From NCBI GenBank assembly GCA_965228895.1, contig OZ245842.1, forward strand, positions 3,072,001-3,136,000: a stretch of 64,000 nucleotides of DNA, in the 5' to 3' direction. Positions 42,069-54,169 of the stretch are shown here, piece after piece; position 1 is the stretch's first letter, and each line of letters opens with the position of its first letter. This stretch comes from Alphaproteobacteria bacterium (lineage in GTDB: Bacteria > Pseudomonadota > Alphaproteobacteria > SP197). The notes beneath the pieces are model-generated. The model made no database searches. It was not told the origin of the DNA and saw only the letters and a program-made list of their open reading frames with translations. A program made the translations under genes and the position numbers.

Positions 42069-43403
42069 CTATGGAATCAAGGGCGACCAGGCCGGATCAG
42101 AGCCGTCCAGCGGCGTCTCAACCAGGCGGTCGTTGCGGCCGGTCAGATCGATCGAAAACAACTGCACTTTGTTCTGATCGCCGACCGGCGTATCGCGGAA
42201 ATACATGAGCACACGACCGTTGGGGGCCCATGTCGGCCCCTCAACCAGGAAGCCATTGGCGATCAAACGTTCCCCGGATCCATCGGGGCGCATGACACCG
42301 ATGTTGAACTGTCCTCTGTGGCTCTTGGTAAACGCGATCAAGTCGCCACGCGGCGACCATACCGGTGTCGAATAACGCCCTTGCTCGAACGAAATCCGCT
42401 GCACGTTCGAACCGTCGGCGTTCATCACGTAGATTTGTGGCGTGCCGCCACGATCGGAGTTGAAGGTGACGAACTGGCCATCGGGCGAAAATGACGGCGA
42501 CGTATCGATCGCCGAGTCATTGGTCAGCCGTTGGAGCTGTCGCGTCGGCAGGTCCATGACGTAGATGTCGGAATTGCCGTCAATCGCCAACGACATGATC
42601 ACCTTGCGCCCATCGGGCGAGAACCTTGGCGCAAACGTCATGCCCGGGAAGTCGCCCAACACTTCGCGCCGGCCGGTGTCAATATCCAGGATGTAAACGC
42701 GCGGCGTGTTGTTGACATAGGACATGTACGTGATTTCCTGCGCCGTCGGCGAGAACCGCGGGGTCAACACCAGATAACTGCCATCGGTGATGAAACGGTG
42801 GTTGGCGCCATCCTGATCCATGATGGCAAGTTGCTTCATGCGGTTGCTCGCGGTGCCGCTCTCGGCGATGTAGACCACACGCGTATCGAAGTAGCCGCTT
42901 TCGCCAGTCAGCCGCTGATAGATGGCATCGGCAATCTTGTGCGCGATGCGCCGCCAGATCTGCGTGTTGCCGCGATAGACAAAACCATCAAGCTGCTGCT
43001 CCGCAAAGGTATCCCACAGCCGGAAGCTGACGGCGATACGGCCGTCGGCCTCGCGATCGACCCGGCCGGCGACAAGCGCCTGGGCATTGATGGTGCGCCA
43101 ATCACCGAAGCGCGGCGCGACATCGATGTCGGCGGAGCTTTGGATAAACGCCTGCGCACTGATCGGATCGAACAGGCCCGAGCGCTCCAGATCGGCCGCG
43201 ATGACCCGGGCGATGTCTTGACCAAGCACCGCGTCCTCGCCTTGACCGACAAAATCGGTGACGGCAATCGGCAGCGGATCGGCGACGCCTTCGTTGATAT
43301 CGATGACCAGCTGCGCGCGAGCCGGCGTGGCCAGGGCAACCAAGAGGACGACCACGGCAAGCAGTGCCGAGGGGACCAGTCGAAAGTCAGATTTGCATGT
43401 CAT
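42069..43403 (-). CDS. tolB: Tol-Pal beta-propeller protein
   Basis: [18 protein letters not shown]40 repeats, DPAWSP. Confidence 0.96.
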   Translation of the reverse strand: MTCKSDFRLVPSALLAVVVLLVALATPARAQLVIDINEGVADPLPIAVTDFVGQGEDAVLGQDIARVIAADLERSGLFDPISAQAFIQSSADIDVAPRFGDWRTINAQALVAGRVDREADGRIAVSFRLWDTFAEQQLDGFVYRGNTQIWRRIAHKIADAIYQRLTGESGYFDTRVVYIAESGTASNRMKQLAIMDQDGANHRFITDGSYLVLTPRFSPTAQEITYMSYVNNTPRVYILDIDTGRREVLGDFPGMTFAPRFSPDGRKVIMSLAIDGNSDIYVMDLPTRQLQRLTNDSAIDTSPSFSPDGQFVTFNSDRGGTPQIYVMNADGSNVQRISFEQGRYSTPVWSPRGDLIAFTKSHRGQFNIGVMRPDGSGERLIANGFLVEGPTWAPNGRVLMYFRDTPVGDQNKVQLFSIDLTGRNDRLVETPLDGSDPAWSPLIP

Positions 43404-44407
43404 TACAGCACCTTGCTCGGGTCAAACTTCAGTTCCATGAAGCGCCATTCGTCATAGGCGTCGGGCGGCAGCCCCTCCAGCGGCCGGTCCTTAAAATGCA
43501 GAACGGCACGAAGCGCACTCTCCGCTGCAGCACGATAGAACTGCCCACCGGCTGCGGCGTCTGACGTGCTGTTGACGACCTCGGCCGTCAGCACCCGGCC
43601 GTCAGGCGCCAGGCGTATCTGAATGGTGACGCGCAGTGTTTCGGCGTCGCGCGCGCCGGCTGGGATAAGCCATTGGCGTTCGATCTGCCGGCGGATCGCG
43701 TCAATCACCGTCGCCGTCACCTGACTTGACTGGTTGGGCGCGATGTTCGTGTTGTCGAGGGACGCCAGCATGTCATCGAAATTCACCGGCGGCGTTTCTT
43801 CGACGACAGGCTGCGGCTCTTCGTCCTCCAGCGACTTATCGATCAACAGGCTTTCCATCACGTTCTCAAAACTCTGTTCCGGTTCCGGCTCCGGCTCGAC
43901 CTCGGGCGGCGGCGTCGGTTTGTCGGTCGGCGTCGGCGCCACGGCAACCTGCGGCTCCGGCACCTCTTCGGGCTCCGGCTCCGGCGCCGGCTCGGGCTCG
44001 ACCACCTCGGGCTCCGGTTCCGGTAGCGGCTCCGGTTCCGGTGCGACCTCTGGCAGCGGTTCCGGTTCCGGCAGCGGCTCCGGCTCGGGCAAGGCGGCCA
44101 GCTCCGGCAGCGCCTCCGGCTCGGGCAATTCGATCGGTTCCGGCTCCGGCAACGGCTCGGGCGGCGTTTCCTCGACCGCCGCGGCAACCGGTTCGGGCTG
44201 CGGCGGTACCGGTTCGGGTTCCTCCGGCTCGACCACCGGCTCGGGCGGCGGCGCGGCGCTTTCCTCGGCGATGGTAATGATCTCCACATGTACCGCCGCT
44301 TCAGCCAAGCGGTTGTCGTCCCACCAATGGGGCAAGCCAAGCACCGCCATCATAATAACGATGACGTGAAGCCCGGCCGACATCACCATGCCGAGACGCG
44401 GTATCAT
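43403..44407 (-). CDS. tolA: TolA / cell envelope integrity protein
   Basis: TM SAGLH, Pro/Glu-rich linker, C-terminal [12 protein letters not shown]. Confidence 0.88.
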   Translation of the reverse strand: MIPRLGMVMSAGLHVIVIMMAVLGLPHWWDDNRLAEAAVHVEIITIAEESAAPPPEPVVEPEEPEPVPPQPEPVAAAVEETPPEPLPEPEPIELPEPEALPELAALPEPEPLPEPEPLPEVAPEPEPLPEPEPEVVEPEPAPEPEPEEVPEPQVAVAPTPTDKPTPPPEVEPEPEPEQSFENVMESLLIDKSLEDEEPQPVVEETPPVNFDDMLASLDNTNIAPNQSSQVTATVIDAIRRQIERQWLIPAGARDAETLRVTIQIRLAPDGRVLTAEVVNSTSDAAAGGQFYRAAAESALRAVLHFKDRPLEGLPPDAYDEWRFMELKFDPSKVL

Positions 44408-44408
44408 G

Positions 44409-44864
44409 TTACGGCTCGCCCACCGTCGGCAGCCGCGTGATCAAGGCCACGTTGTTGAAGCCTGCCTGGTTCAAGGCGCCCATCACCGCCATCACGTTTC
44501 CGTATTCGATCGTTTCGTCACCTCGCACGAAGATCCTGACATCCGGATTGTTCTGGCTAATTGCGACAAGACGAGGGCCAAGCTCTTCGAGCGCCAGTTC
44601 CGTGTCCTGCAGGAAGATACGCCCCTCGGCATCGACCGAGACGGCGAGCGGTTCGTCGCTGCCCTGCACCTCCGGCACGTCGGCTTCCGGCAGATCGACC
44701 TCGACACCGACAGTCAAAAGCGGTGCGGCGATCATGAAGACGATGAGCAGCACCAACATGACGTCGACAAACGGCGTCACGTTGATCTCGCTCATCGGTG
44801 GGCGCCGGCGGCGCGCCCGGGCGCTGCGTTCACGCCCGCCAGCGTGGGTGAACTGGACCGCCAT
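44409..44864 (-). CDS. tolR: TolR
   Basis: [21 protein letters not shown]. Confidence 0.95.
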   Translation of the reverse strand: MAVQFTHAGGRERSARARRRRPPMSEINVTPFVDVMLVLLIVFMIAAPLLTVGVEVDLPEADVPEVQGSDEPLAVSVDAEGRIFLQDTELALEELGPRLVAISQNNPDVRIFVRGDETIEYGNVMAVMGALNQAGFNNVALITRLPTVGEP

Positions 44865-45601
44865 CAGCCGCCCTTCTCGTCAAGCTGGCGCGACAAGAGC
44901 GAGTGGAATTCGGCGGCGAAGTTCTCAAGCCGGCTGGCATAACGGTCGAGGTCGGCGGAGAGTTTGTTATAGGCGACCACCGCCGGGATCGCCGCCAGCA
45001 GACCGAGCGCGGTGGCGAACAGCGCCTCGGCGATACCCGGCGCGACGACCGCCAGCGACGTGTTCTTGCTGATCGCAATCGCGGTGAACGCGTTCATGAT
45101 ACCCCAGACGGTGCCAAACAGACCGACGAACGGCGCCGTCGATCCGACGGTCGCCAGGAAACCCATGTAGCGCTCCAGCCGATCCATCTCACGGTCGACG
45201 GTCACGTTCATCGCCTGGTTGATGCGCTGTTGCAGGCCGGCCCGCAACCGGTCGTCGGCGAGCACGTGTTGTTTCTGGATACCGCGTTTTAGTTCCTGCA
45301 TGGCGGCGGCGAAGACCGAGGCCAGCGGATGGCCGGGACGCCGTCCGACGCGGTCATAGAGATCCTCCAACGAGCCGCCGGACCAGAAGGACTCCTCGAA
45401 CGTTTCGGCCTGGCTGCTGAGCCGCCGGATGCGGACGATCTTGTCGAAGATGATCGCCCAACACCAAAACGACGAGAACAGCAGGATCAGCATCACCGCC
45501 TTGACGATCAGGTCGGCGCGCCAGAACAGGCCGAGGATCGACATGTCGACGTCGCCGACCGATCCGGCCAGTGCCGCAGCTTCGAGGTCTTCGGTTTCCA
45601 T
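44864..45601 (-). CDS. tolQ: TolQ
   Basis: PFVGLFGTVWGIM, VAPGIAEAL. Confidence 0.96.
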   Translation of the reverse strand: METEDLEAAALAGSVGDVDMSILGLFWRADLIVKAVMLILLFSSFWCWAIIFDKIVRIRRLSSQAETFEESFWSGGSLEDLYDRVGRRPGHPLASVFAAAMQELKRGIQKQHVLADDRLRAGLQQRINQAMNVTVDREMDRLERYMGFLATVGSTAPFVGLFGTVWGIMNAFTAIAISKNTSLAVVAPGIAEALFATALGLLAAIPAVVAYNKLSADLDRYASRLENFAAEFHSLLSRQLDEKGG

Positions 45602-45640
45602 CAAGTCTTTCCCTGGATTGAGAACGTCATATTGAGAGCG

Positions 45641-46057
45641 TCAGAGGTTGGCGCCGGGCGTGAGAACCTGGCGCAGATGATCGGGCATACGGTGGGGCCG
45701 TCCGTCGGAACCGACGAAGGCGATCTTGAGTTTCATGCGCACAATCGCTTCACCGTCGCGCAGCACGTCCTGTTCCAGGCTCGCGCTGGCGCCGCCGGTT
45801 TTCAGGATGCGGGTTTCGACCTCCAGGAGGTCATCGAGCAGCGCGGGCTTGCGGTAATCGATCTCGCACCGCGAAACCGTGAAACCCGCGCCATAGGCGT
45901 CGCGCAAACTCGTGTGGTCGTAGCCGAGGTCGCGCATCCACTCCGTGCGGCCACGCTCCGCGAAACGCAGATAGGCGCTGTGATAGACAATGCCGCCGGC
46001 GTCGGTGTCTTCGTAATAGACCCGCACCGGGAACCGATGTGACGGCGTCTCAGCCAT
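45641..46057 (-). CDS. ybgC: Tol-Pal-associated acyl-CoA thioesterase
   Basis: [15 protein letters not shown]. Confidence 0.93.
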   Translation of the reverse strand: MAETPSHRFPVRVYYEDTDAGGIVYHSAYLRFAERGRTEWMRDLGYDHTSLRDAYGAGFTVSRCEIDYRKPALLDDLLEVETRILKTGGASASLEQDVLRDGEAIVRMKLKIAFVGSDGRPHRMPDHLRQVLTPGANL

Positions 46058-47132
46058 CGCCTCCGTCTGCGCCCCCCTGGCCATTGCCTGAACCGCCCGG
46101 CTGATCGCCGGCGAAGATATCGAGCTGATCACGCAACGCGCGCGGCATGGTGAGGCCCAGGTGGTCAAAACTCGCTTGGGTCAAAAGCCGGCCGCGCGGT
46201 GTGCGTTGCAGGAATCCCTGCTGAATCAGAAACGGTTCGATCACGTCTTCCAAAGCATCCCGATGTTCGGAAAGCGCGGCCGCCACGGTCTCGACCCCCA
46301 CCGGCCCACCGCCATAGTTCTCCGCAATACAGGCCAAATAACGGCGATCCATGGCATCCAGACCACATTTGTCCACATCGAGGCGCTGCAGCGCCGCGTC
46401 GGCGGCGGCCTGGTCGATGGTGTCGTGGCCACCGACGGCGGCGAAATCGCGCACCCGGCGCAACAGGCGCACGGCAACGCGCGGGGTGCCGCGGGCACGC
46501 GTCGCAATCTCGCGCGCGCCGTCATCGGTCAACATCACACCCAAGACCCGCGCACCGCGCGCCACCACGGTCGTCATATCGTCGGCGCCATAGAAGTTGA
46601 GCCTGAGCGGAATGCCGAAGCGTTCGCGAAGCGGCGTCGTCAGCAGGCCCGAGCGGGTTGTCGCGCCGACAAGGGTGAACCGCGGTAGATCAATGCGTAC
46701 CGAACGCGCCGCTGGTCCCTCGCCGATGATGAGATCGAGCTGATAATCCTCCATCGCGGGATAGAGAACTTCCTCGACCGCCGGGTTGAGGCGGTGGATC
46801 TCGTCAATGAAGAGCACGTCACGCTCTTCCAGATTGGTCAACAGCGCGGCCAGATCGCCGGCGCGCGCGACCACCGGGCCTGATGTCGCGCGAAAACCGA
46901 CACCCATCTCACGCGCGACGATCTGCGCCAGTGTCGTTTTGCCGAGCCCTGGCGGCCCATGCAGCAGGACATGATCGAGCGCCTCGCGCCGACTGGCGGC
47001 GGCTTTCACGAAGACACGCAGGTTGTCGCAGACGTCACGCTGACCGATGAAATCGTCAAGCGTCAGGGGACGCAGTGAGCCGTCGAGATCGTCCTCGGCC
47101 GGGTCGCCGTCGATGACGCGGGCGTCGCTCAC
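46050..47132 (-). CDS. ruvB: Holliday junction helicase RuvB
   Basis: [19 protein letters not shown]. Confidence 0.97.
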   Translation of the reverse strand: MSDARVIDGDPAEDDLDGSLRPLTLDDFIGQRDVCDNLRVFVKAAASRREALDHVLLHGPPGLGKTTLAQIVAREMGVGFRATSGPVVARAGDLAALLTNLEERDVLFIDEIHRLNPAVEEVLYPAMEDYQLDLIIGEGPAARSVRIDLPRFTLVGATTRSGLLTTPLRERFGIPLRLNFYGADDMTTVVARGARVLGVMLTDDGAREIATRARGTPRVAVRLLRRVRDFAAVGGHDTIDQAAADAALQRLDVDKCGLDAMDRRYLACIAENYGGGPVGVETVAAALSEHRDALEDVIEPFLIQQGFLQRTPRGRLLTQASFDHLGLTMPRALRDQLDIFAGDQPGGSGNGQGGADGGDG

Positions 47133-47734
47133 CGGGCCAGTTCCTTCAGGCCATCGCGGATCAGGGTTTCGACGGCGGCCTTGTCACCCAGCGTCTTGCG
47201 GGCGGCTACGACGGCGCCATAGGCCTCGGACCGGCCATAGCCCAGGTTGACCAGGGCCGAGACCGCATCAGCGTCTGGCCCGATCTCGCCGGCCGGCGCC
47301 GGCGCCAGCGCCGCGCCCGGCCCCATGCCGATGTCGCCGACTTTGTCTTTCAGTTCGGCGACGACCCGCTGGGCGAGTTTCGGCCCGACGCCCTGGGCGC
47401 GTGCCACCGCGGTCTTGTCCTGGGCCAGGATCGCTTGGGTCAGTTCGTCGGCGGTGAGCGCGCTCAAAATCGCCAGCGCGACCCGGGCGCCGACGCCCTG
47501 AACATTCAACAGCATGCGGAACCAATCGCGTTCGCCGGTATCGGCAAAGCCATAAAGCTGCATCCGGTCATCGCGGATGAACGTCTCGACATAGGCGCTT
47601 GTCGGTTCGCCGACCGTCCCCAGAGCGCGCAAGGTCGAGGCCGAACAGGCGAGCTGGTAGCCGATGCCGCCGACATCGATCAGCGCCCAGTCGTCGCCCA
47701 TGCTGTCGATAACACCCGTCAGTTTCGCGATCAC
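47129..47734 (-). CDS. ruvA: Holliday junction branch migration protein RuvA
   Basis: MIAKLTG, VGGIGY, HhH motifs, ALVNLGY. Confidence 0.96.
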   Translation of the reverse strand: MIAKLTGVIDSMGDDWALIDVGGIGYQLACSASTLRALGTVGEPTSAYVETFIRDDRMQLYGFADTGERDWFRMLLNVQGVGARVALAILSALTADELTQAILAQDKTAVARAQGVGPKLAQRVVAELKDKVGDIGMGPGAALAPAPAGEIGPDADAVSALVNLGYGRSEAYGAVVAARKTLGDKAAVETLIRDGLKELAR

Positions 47735-48252
47735 GCGGTGGCCTCCTGATGGCGGCCGACCGCGTTGGACGTCGCCGCGTGATGGGCATGGCAGATGGCG
47801 ACGGCGAGCGCGTCGGCGGCATCCTCGCTGGCGATCGCTGCGCCGGGCAGCAGGACCGAGATCATCATGCCGACCTGGCCCTTGTCGGCCTTACCGGTGC
47901 CGACGACCGACTTCTTGACCAACCGGGTCGCGTATTCGTGGACCGCCAGACCGGCAAGCGCCGGCGCCAAAAGCGCCGCGCCACGGGCCAGGCCCAGCTT
48001 CAGCGTGGTGTCCGGGTTCTTGTTGACGAAGGTCTCCTCGACCGCGGCTTCGCGCGGCCCATGATCGGCAAGCACCACGTTCAGACCCTCGAAGATAAAC
48101 CGCAGGCGGTCGGCCATGGTGCCGCCGCGTGGCGGATCGATGGTGCCGTTGGCGACGTGGCTGAGCCGATTGCCATCGACGTCGATGACGCCCCAGCCGG
48201 TGTGGAGAAGACCTGGATCGATGCCCAGGAGGCGCATCGATCCCGGGCTCAC
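47731..48252 (-). CDS. ruvC: crossover junction endodeoxyribonuclease RuvC
   Basis: [17 protein letters not shown]. Confidence 0.96.
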   Translation of the reverse strand: MSPGSMRLLGIDPGLLHTGWGVIDVDGNRLSHVANGTIDPPRGGTMADRLRFIFEGLNVVLADHGPREAAVEETFVNKNPDTTLKLGLARGAALLAPALAGLAVHEYATRLVKKSVVGTGKADKGQVGMMISVLLPGAAIASEDAADALAVAICHAHHAATSNAVGRHQEATA

Positions 48253-48998
48253 GCGACCAGGCGCTCCATAACGTCATCCGCGATTTCAAAGTTCGCGGAG
48301 ACGGACTGAACGTCGTCGTTGTCTTCCAGCGTGTCGATCAGCTTCAGCAGGGTGCCGGCCTTGTCCTCGTCGACCTCGATGGTGTTCTGCGGACGCCAGA
48401 TCAGGCCGGCCTCCTGCGGTTCGCCGAACTGGTCGACCAGGGCGTCGCTGACCTGGCCGAAGTCGCCGGTGTCGCAGATGATCTCGTGGGTCTCGTCGTC
48501 GGAGACGACATCGGTGGCGCCGGCTTCCAGCGCGGCCTCGAACATGGTGTCAGCATCGGCGACGCCGGCGTCGAAAACGACATGGCCGATGCGGTCGAAC
48601 ATGAAGGCAACGCTGTTGGTCTCGCCCAAGGATCCGCTGAACTTGTTAAAGGCGGCGCGGACCTCGGGCGCCGTGCGATTCCGGTTATCGGTCAGCGCCT
48701 CGACAATCAGCGCGACGCCGCCCGGACCGTAGCCCTCGTAGCGGATTTCCTCGTAGTTGGCGTTGTCGTCGCCGCCGGCCGCGCGTTTGATCGCGCGCTC
48801 GATGGCGTCCTTGCCCATGTTGACGGCGCGCGCGGCGGCAATCGCCGAGCGCAGGCGCGGGTTATGTTCGGGGTCGGGCATGCCGGTTTTGGCGGCAACC
48901 GCGATCTCTCGCCCGACCTTGGTGAACTGTTTCGCCCGCTTGGCGTCCTGCGCGCCTTTGCGGTGCTGGATGTTTTTCCATTTGGAATGGCCGGCCAT
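48249..48998 (-). CDS. yebC: YebC/PmpR family protein
   Basis: [25 protein letters not shown]. Confidence 0.96.
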   Translation of the reverse strand: MAGHSKWKNIQHRKGAQDAKRAKQFTKVGREIAVAAKTGMPDPEHNPRLRSAIAAARAVNMGKDAIERAIKRAAGGDDNANYEEIRYEGYGPGGVALIVEALTDNRNRTAPEVRAAFNKFSGSLGETNSVAFMFDRIGHVVFDAGVADADTMFEAALEAGATDVVSDDETHEIICDTGDFGQVSDALVDQFGEPQEAGLIWRPQNTIEVDEDKAGTLLKLIDTLEDNDDVQSVSANFEIADDVMERLVA

Positions 48999-49141
48999 GG
49001 CGTCCTCAAACCCTCTCGTAGCTTCACCAGATATCGCGGCCCGCTGCAAAGCACAATACCACATCGTGGTATGACAGGGGCAGAAATGCGCCGATTCCGG
49101 CTATTCTGTCCCGGTTTGCTGGGGATATCGCATCCCGGTCG

Positions 49142-50044
49142 TCACCCGATCGTCGACCCGGTCTTCAGATAGTCGACAAACAGGCGGAACACCGTGAGCC
49201 GCGTGCTCTCCCTGGGGAAATATAGGAAGAAGCCCGGCCGCTCAACGGCGTGTTCGTCGAGCACGCTCTCCAGGGCGCCAGACGCCAACTCGTCGATGAT
49301 GTTGCCCTCAAACAACCAGCACAGCCCCAGGCCCTGTTTGGCCGCCTCGATCTGCGCCGTCGTCGAGTCCACGATCAGGTTGCCGGAGACGTCGACCGCA
49401 TAGATGCCGTCCGGGCCCTGAAACTGCCATGCGGCGAACTGTTTCGAGCCGATATAGCGGTAGCGGATGCAATTGTGCTGCAGCAGATCGCGCGGCTCCC
49501 GTGGCCGGCCGTGCCGGTCCAGATAGGCGGGCGAGGCGAAATAGATCTCCTTTTGCGGTGGGGTCAGGCGCACGGCGACCATGGTGTCGTGGACCAGATG
49601 GCCCATGCGCACGCCGGCATGGAAACCCTCGCTGACGATGTCGACGAAGCCTTCGTTGAACGAGAACTCCAGCTCGACATCGGGATAGGCCTCGCGAAAC
49701 GCCGCCAGACGCTTGACCAGGGACAACTGGAAGGCGGCGAAGGCCACGGTCACGCGGATTGTGCCTTTGGTCGCCTTGCCGATGCCCCGCGCCTCCTCCA
49801 GCGCTTCGCCGATCTCCGCCATGGCCGGCTGGGCGCGGCGCAGCAACTGGCGCCCGGCATCGGTCAGCTTCACCGAACGGGTGGTGCGGGCAAAAACGCT
49901 GACACCAATCTGCTCCTCCAGCGCCTTCAGTTGCAGGCTGACCGCCGGCGGCTGGACGCCAAGCGCCGCCGCGGCGGCGCGTAGCGAGCCGTGCTCGGCA
50001 ACCGCCAGAAAGGTCTCCAGGCCGCGGATTGGCGTCTCAGCCAT
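49142..50044 (-). CDS. LysR family transcriptional regulator (CrgA-like)
   Basis: HTH, RTTRSV.LT, HNCIRYR. Confidence 0.93.
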   Translation of the reverse strand: MAETPIRGLETFLAVAEHGSLRAAAAALGVQPPAVSLQLKALEEQIGVSVFARTTRSVKLTDAGRQLLRRAQPAMAEIGEALEEARGIGKATKGTIRVTVAFAAFQLSLVKRLAAFREAYPDVELEFSFNEGFVDIVSEGFHAGVRMGHLVHDTMVAVRLTPPQKEIYFASPAYLDRHGRPREPRDLLQHNCIRYRYIGSKQFAAWQFQGPDGIYAVDVSGNLIVDSTTAQIEAAKQGLGLCWLFEGNIIDELASGALESVLDEHAVERPGFFLYFPRESTRLTVFRLFVDYLKTGSTIG

Positions 50045-50148
50045 TATTTAGATCTGCTTATCTGTAAAGTAAGATTATAAAGTCTACACGAATTAATCAG
50101 TCTGATCTATCTGGTTTCCAGAGACCACGAACGAGGGGGCCAACGACG

Positions 50149-50598
50149 ATGACGACACGACACAAGGGCGCCTGTCAGTGCGGCGCGGTGACCTATGAGG
50201 CCCAGGGCGATCCCATCATGGTCTTTGCCTGCCACTGCACGATCTGCCAGCGCCAGTCAGGCGCGGCGTTCGGCATGGCGGTGGTGTTCGACGGCGCTGA
50301 TTTCACGCTATCAGGCAAGGCGCCCGCCCATTTCGTCCGGCCCGGCCATGGCCGCGACTTCCGCTGTTACTTCTGCCCGGATTGCGGCACCCGGCTCTAT
50401 CACCAGTGGTTCACGGCCGAGGGCGACTATCCCTTCTTGAGCGTCAAGCCCGGCACGCTCGACGACACCGGCTGGGTCAAACCGGGCTGCCATGTCTGGA
50501 CCCGCCACGCGCAGCCCTGGATGCGCTTCGGCGCGGACGAGGTGGTGTTCGACGAACAGCCCGACCTCGACGCCATGCCGAAGTTCGCTGCGCCATGA
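50149..50598 (+). CDS. GFA family protein
   Basis: GACQCG, CHCTICQ, FCPDCG. Confidence 0.9.
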   Translation: MTTRHKGACQCGAVTYEAQGDPIMVFACHCTICQRQSGAAFGMAVVFDGADFTLSGKAPAHFVRPGHGRDFRCYFCPDCGTRLYHQWFTAEGDYPFLSVKPGTLDDTGWVKPGCHVWTRHAQPWMRFGADEVVFDEQPDLDAMPKFAAP

Positions 50599-51542
50599 GC
50601 GTCGTGCATGCCGCGCGCCCGGACCGGGTCGCGCTCGGCTTCACCATCATGACGGCGACGGCGCTGGGGCTCGCCTTCTCCGATGCCATGGTCAAACTGT
50701 TGAGCACCGACTTTTCGGTCTGGCAGGTCTTCACCGCGCGCGCATTCGTCGCGGTCCCCCTGCTTGCGGCATTGCTGATGTGGGGCGGCGGCTGGCAGGC
50801 ACTTGTGCCGCGGGCACCCGGTTGGGTGATCCTGCGCTGCCTGTGCCTGATGGCGATGTGGCTCGCTTTCTATACGGCCCTGCCCCTGCTCAACCTGGCG
50901 GTCGCGGCGGCCGGCTACTACACCGGCCCGCTCTTCATCACGCTGTTGTCGGCGCTTCTGATCGGCGAGGCGGTCGGCGCGAAACGCTGGGCCGCGATCG
51001 CGATCGGTTTCGCCGGCGTGCTCGTGATCCTGCGGCCCGGCACCGACGCGTTCAGCGTGGTCGCGCTGTTGCCGGTGCTGGCCGCCGTCTTTTACGCGCT
51101 CGCCGCCGTCATCACGCGCGCCAAATGCACCGAAGAGAACCCGCTTGCCCTGGCCTTCGCCCTCAATGTCGCGTTCCTGGTGTTCGGTCTGGTCGGCTCG
51201 ACCGCTGTCATCTTGATGGAGCCGGGCAATGTCGAAGCGACCGCCTACCGTTTCATGCTGGCCGACTGGTCGCCAATGGGCTTCAAAGAATGGGTCATCA
51301 TGGCGTTTCTGGCGGTGCTGATCGTCGGCGTCACCACCGGCACGGCCAAGGCCTATCAAAGCGCCCCCGGCGCCATCATCGCCGCATTCGACTACACCTA
51401 TCTGGTGTTCGCCACACTGTTCAGCCTGGTGATCTTCGCGGCACCGCTGGATCTCTTGACCGTCACCGGCATGGTGCTGATCACCGGCGCCGGCATGCTC
51501 GCCATCGCGCCCGAACGCCTCCTGCGCCGCGTCAGGTCTTGA
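50595..51542 (+). CDS. DMT/EamA family transporter
   Basis: 10 TM, GFAGVLVILRPG; ATGA overlap with GFA gene. Confidence 0.9.
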   Translation: MSVVHAARPDRVALGFTIMTATALGLAFSDAMVKLLSTDFSVWQVFTARAFVAVPLLAALLMWGGGWQALVPRAPGWVILRCLCLMAMWLAFYTALPLLNLAVAAAGYYTGPLFITLLSALLIGEAVGAKRWAAIAIGFAGVLVILRPGTDAFSVVALLPVLAAVFYALAAVITRAKCTEENPLALAFALNVAFLVFGLVGSTAVILMEPGNVEATAYRFMLADWSPMGFKEWVIMAFLAVLIVGVTTGTAKAYQSAPGAIIAAFDYTYLVFATLFSLVIFAAPLDLLTVTGMVLITGAGMLAIAPERLLRRVRS

Positions 51543-51714
51543 AAACGGAGTCCGCCGAGGCACGCGCCGACTGTTTGCTGGCGATCATCGCCTGCGCGCG
51601 TTTGATCTCGGCTTCGAGCTCGACGACATAGTCGCCCAGCGCCTCAATCGACATGCCCTCCAGCTCCTTCGTTGTTGGCTTGGGCCGGAGCGGTTCAAGA
51701 TCGTCAGTGTCCAT
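51532..51714 (-). CDS. DUF1192 protein
   Basis: L..MSIE.L...V..LEAEI.R......K...R..A..VFK. Confidence 0.85.
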   Translation of the reverse strand: MDTDDLEPLRPKPTTKELEGMSIEALGDYVVELEAEIKRAQAMIASKQSARASADSVFKT

Positions 51715-51774
51715 CAATGAAGGCTCCGTTGTTGTTAGCGGCACACCGCCAGCGCGCTCGACTGGGCCATGACG

Positions 51775-52218
51775 TTACTCAGCCAGGTTGACGCCGTTCT
51801 GGTTGAGCACCTGCACGATCTTGGGAACGTCCAACGGCCCCGGCGGGATCTCCCGATCGACCGCGGTGAACATTTGGGACGCAAGACTACCCTGGCCGGT
51901 GATCTCCAGCATTTCTCCGCCACCGGGCCCATAGGTGAAACCATGGACGGTTCCAGCCGGCAGATGCACCAGCGTCCCGGCGGTCGCCACTCTGGCCTCG
52001 CCACCGACAGTGAACGCGACGCTGCCCTTGGTGACAAAAAAGGCCTCGTCCCAGTCATGGCTGTGTGGCGGTGGGCCCGTGCCTTCGTCACCGCGTTGAA
52101 ACGTAATCTCGTAGCCGCCCGTCGCGGCCTTCGACGCGAGCACGGTCACTTCGGTTCCGACGACGTTCAACGCCCGATCGTAGTCTTCAGGCGCGACGAC
52201 CAGTGGTTCTTTTTTCAT
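51775..52218 (-). CDS. cupin domain protein
   Basis: GPPPHSHDWDEAF, PAGTVHGF. Confidence 0.88.
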   Translation of the reverse strand: MKKEPLVVAPEDYDRALNVVGTEVTVLASKAATGGYEITFQRGDEGTGPPPHSHDWDEAFFVTKGSVAFTVGGEARVATAGTLVHLPAGTVHGFTYGPGGGEMLEITGQGSLASQMFTAVDREIPPGPLDVPKIVQVLNQNGVNLAE

Positions 52219-52367
52219 GGTTGACGGGTCTCCCTGTTGAAACCGGCGGATCATCGCGCTGCGCCCGTGAACGATAGGATGCCGACGCCCTCCACGAATA
52301 TCCGGCTGTGTAGTATAGGAAGCCTAGACCTCGCCGCCAACGCACGCGAACAGACAAGGAGACCACC

Positions 52368-53369
52368 ATGGCCGCCACCATCCCGAGCCAGATGACCGTG
52401 ATCGAATATGACGGCGCCGGCGGGCCGGAGGTCATCAAGACGGCGACGCGGGATGTGCCGGCGCCGGATGTCGGCGAGGTGCTGGTCAAGGTGCATGCCG
52501 CCGGCGTCAACCGGCCGGACGTGCTGCAGCGCCTCGGCGGTTACCCCCCGCCGCCCGGCGCCAGCGATGTTCCGGGCCTGGAGGTCGCCGGCGAGGTCGT
52601 GGCGCTGGGACCGGACGCCGACCGCTGGAAGCTCGGCGATCAGGTGATGGCGCTCGTGACCGGCGGCGGCTACGCCGAATACTGCGCCGTGCCGCAGCCC
52701 CAGGCACTTGCCATCCCCGCAAGCCTCTCGATGGCCGAGGCGGCGGGCGTGCCGGAGACCTTCTTCACCGTCTGGACCAACGTTTTCCAGCGCGGCCGGC
52801 TCCAGGCCGGCGAACGCTTCCTGGTGCATGGCGGGGCAAGCGGCATCGGCACCACGGCGATCCAGCTTGCCGAAGCCCGCGGCGCCCGCGTCTTCGCCAC
52901 CGCCGGCGACGACGCACGTTGCCGGGCGTGTGAAGAGCTTGGCGCCGAGCGTGCCATCAACTACCGCGACGAAGACTTCGTCGAGATCCTGAACGAGGTC
53001 ACCGGCGGCCAGGGCATCGACGTCATCCTGGACATGGTCGGCGGCGACTATATCGCCAAGAACCTGAAGCTCCTGGCGATCGAAGGCCGCATCGTCTTCA
53101 TCGCCTTCCTGGGTGGCTCGAAGGCCGAGATCAACTTTCTGCCCTTGATGATGAAACGCGGCACCATCACCGGCTCGACCCTGCGCGCCCAAAGCGTCGA
53201 GGCCAAGGGCCAGATCGCCGATGAGTTGGCGCGCGAGGTCCTGCCGCTCTTGGAAACCGGCCGCGTCAAACCGATCGTCCACGCCACCTACCCGCTGGCC
53301 GACGCCGCCGACGCCCACCGCGCCATCGACGAGGCCCACGTCGGCAAGATCGTGCTGACGATGGGTTAG
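52368..53369 (+). CDS. NAD(P)H-quinone oxidoreductase (PIG3 family)
   Basis: AGVNRPD.LQR.G.YPPPPGAS, HGGASGIG, GSTLR. Confidence 0.93.
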   Translation: MAATIPSQMTVIEYDGAGGPEVIKTATRDVPAPDVGEVLVKVHAAGVNRPDVLQRLGGYPPPPGASDVPGLEVAGEVVALGPDADRWKLGDQVMALVTGGGYAEYCAVPQPQALAIPASLSMAEAAGVPETFFTVWTNVFQRGRLQAGERFLVHGGASGIGTTAIQLAEARGARVFATAGDDARCRACEELGAERAINYRDEDFVEILNEVTGGQGIDVILDMVGGDYIAKNLKLLAIEGRIVFIAFLGGSKAEINFLPLMMKRGTITGSTLRAQSVEAKGQIADELAREVLPLLETGRVKPIVHATYPLADAADAHRAIDEAHVGKIVLTMG

Positions 53370-53435
53370 CGACCAGCGGGGCGAAATCGACACCGGTGCG
53401 CGGAGACGTGGCGCCAGGGCCTGATTGATGCGGGC

Positions 53436-53487
53436 TTGACACGATTAGGACACTTGTCCTAAATCTCCATTAGGACAAATGACCTAG
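53436..53487 (+). promoter_or_regulatory. promoter with two tandem TetR operators
   Basis: TTGACA at 53436; perfect palindrome TTAGGACA-CT-TGTCCTAA (53445-53462) and degenerate copy TTAGGACAAATGACCTAG (53470-53487). Confidence 0.75.
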
Positions 53488-53541
53488 GACTCGGTGAGCG
53501 GCCATGCCCCTAAGCTGGCAGCGCATCGAGAAGAACGGACG

Positions 53542-54156
53542 ATGGACCAGTCATCAACGCGCGAACGCATTGTGGGTGAGGCCGATCAGCTCTTTTATGA
53601 GCAGGGTTTCGACCACACATCCTTCGCCGACATCGCCGACGCCGTCAGTATCTCGCGCGGCAACTTTTATCATCACTTCAAGACCAAGGACGACATCCTG
53701 GGAGCCGTCATCAAGAAGCGGCTGGCCAAGACCGAAGAGATGCTGCGGGGCTGGGAAGCCGACGGCGCCACGCCTGAGGCGCGTATTCATAGCTTCATCG
53801 ACATCCTGCTGGTCAACGAGACGGCGATCATGAAGTTCGGCTGCCCGGTCGGCACGCTCTGCGGCGAACTGGCGAAGCTGAACCATGATGCGCGAGGTGA
53901 CGCCGGCGCTGTCTTCACGCTCTTCCGAGACTGGCTGCGCCGGCAGTTCGTTCTTGCCGGCCATGAAGCCGAGGCGGACACCTGGGCCATGCATCTTCTG
54001 GCGCGTAGTCAAGGCGTCGCGACGATGGCCAACGCCTTCCACGACGATGATTTCGTGCAGGCGGAGGTCAATCTGATGAAAGCATGGCTGCGTTCGGTCT
54101 TGACCGGTGCGCCGTCATCCGATGCAGCCCGTGATCATTCTTCATCAAACAAATAG
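53542..54156 (+). CDS. TetR/AcrR family transcriptional regulator
   Basis: FYEQGF..TS..DIA....SRGNFYHHFKTK, GCPVG. Confidence 0.93.
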   Translation: MDQSSTRERIVGEADQLFYEQGFDHTSFADIADAVSISRGNFYHHFKTKDDILGAVIKKRLAKTEEMLRGWEADGATPEARIHSFIDILLVNETAIMKFGCPVGTLCGELAKLNHDARGDAGAVFTLFRDWLRRQFVLAGHEAEADTWAMHLLARSQGVATMANAFHDDDFVQAEVNLMKAWLRSVLTGAPSSDAARDHSSSNK

Positions 54157-54169
54157 GAGGACACCTGTC

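Noticed and set aside
43734-44369. Gly/Ser-repeat ORF and apparent tandem DNA repeats
   Set aside because: Antisense reading of the Pro-Glu linker of tolA; not a separate gene or a CRISPR array
48999-49141. 6S RNA or other ncRNA upstream of yebC
   Set aside because: The gap is short, lacks the long rod structure, and the usual zapA/ygfA context is absent
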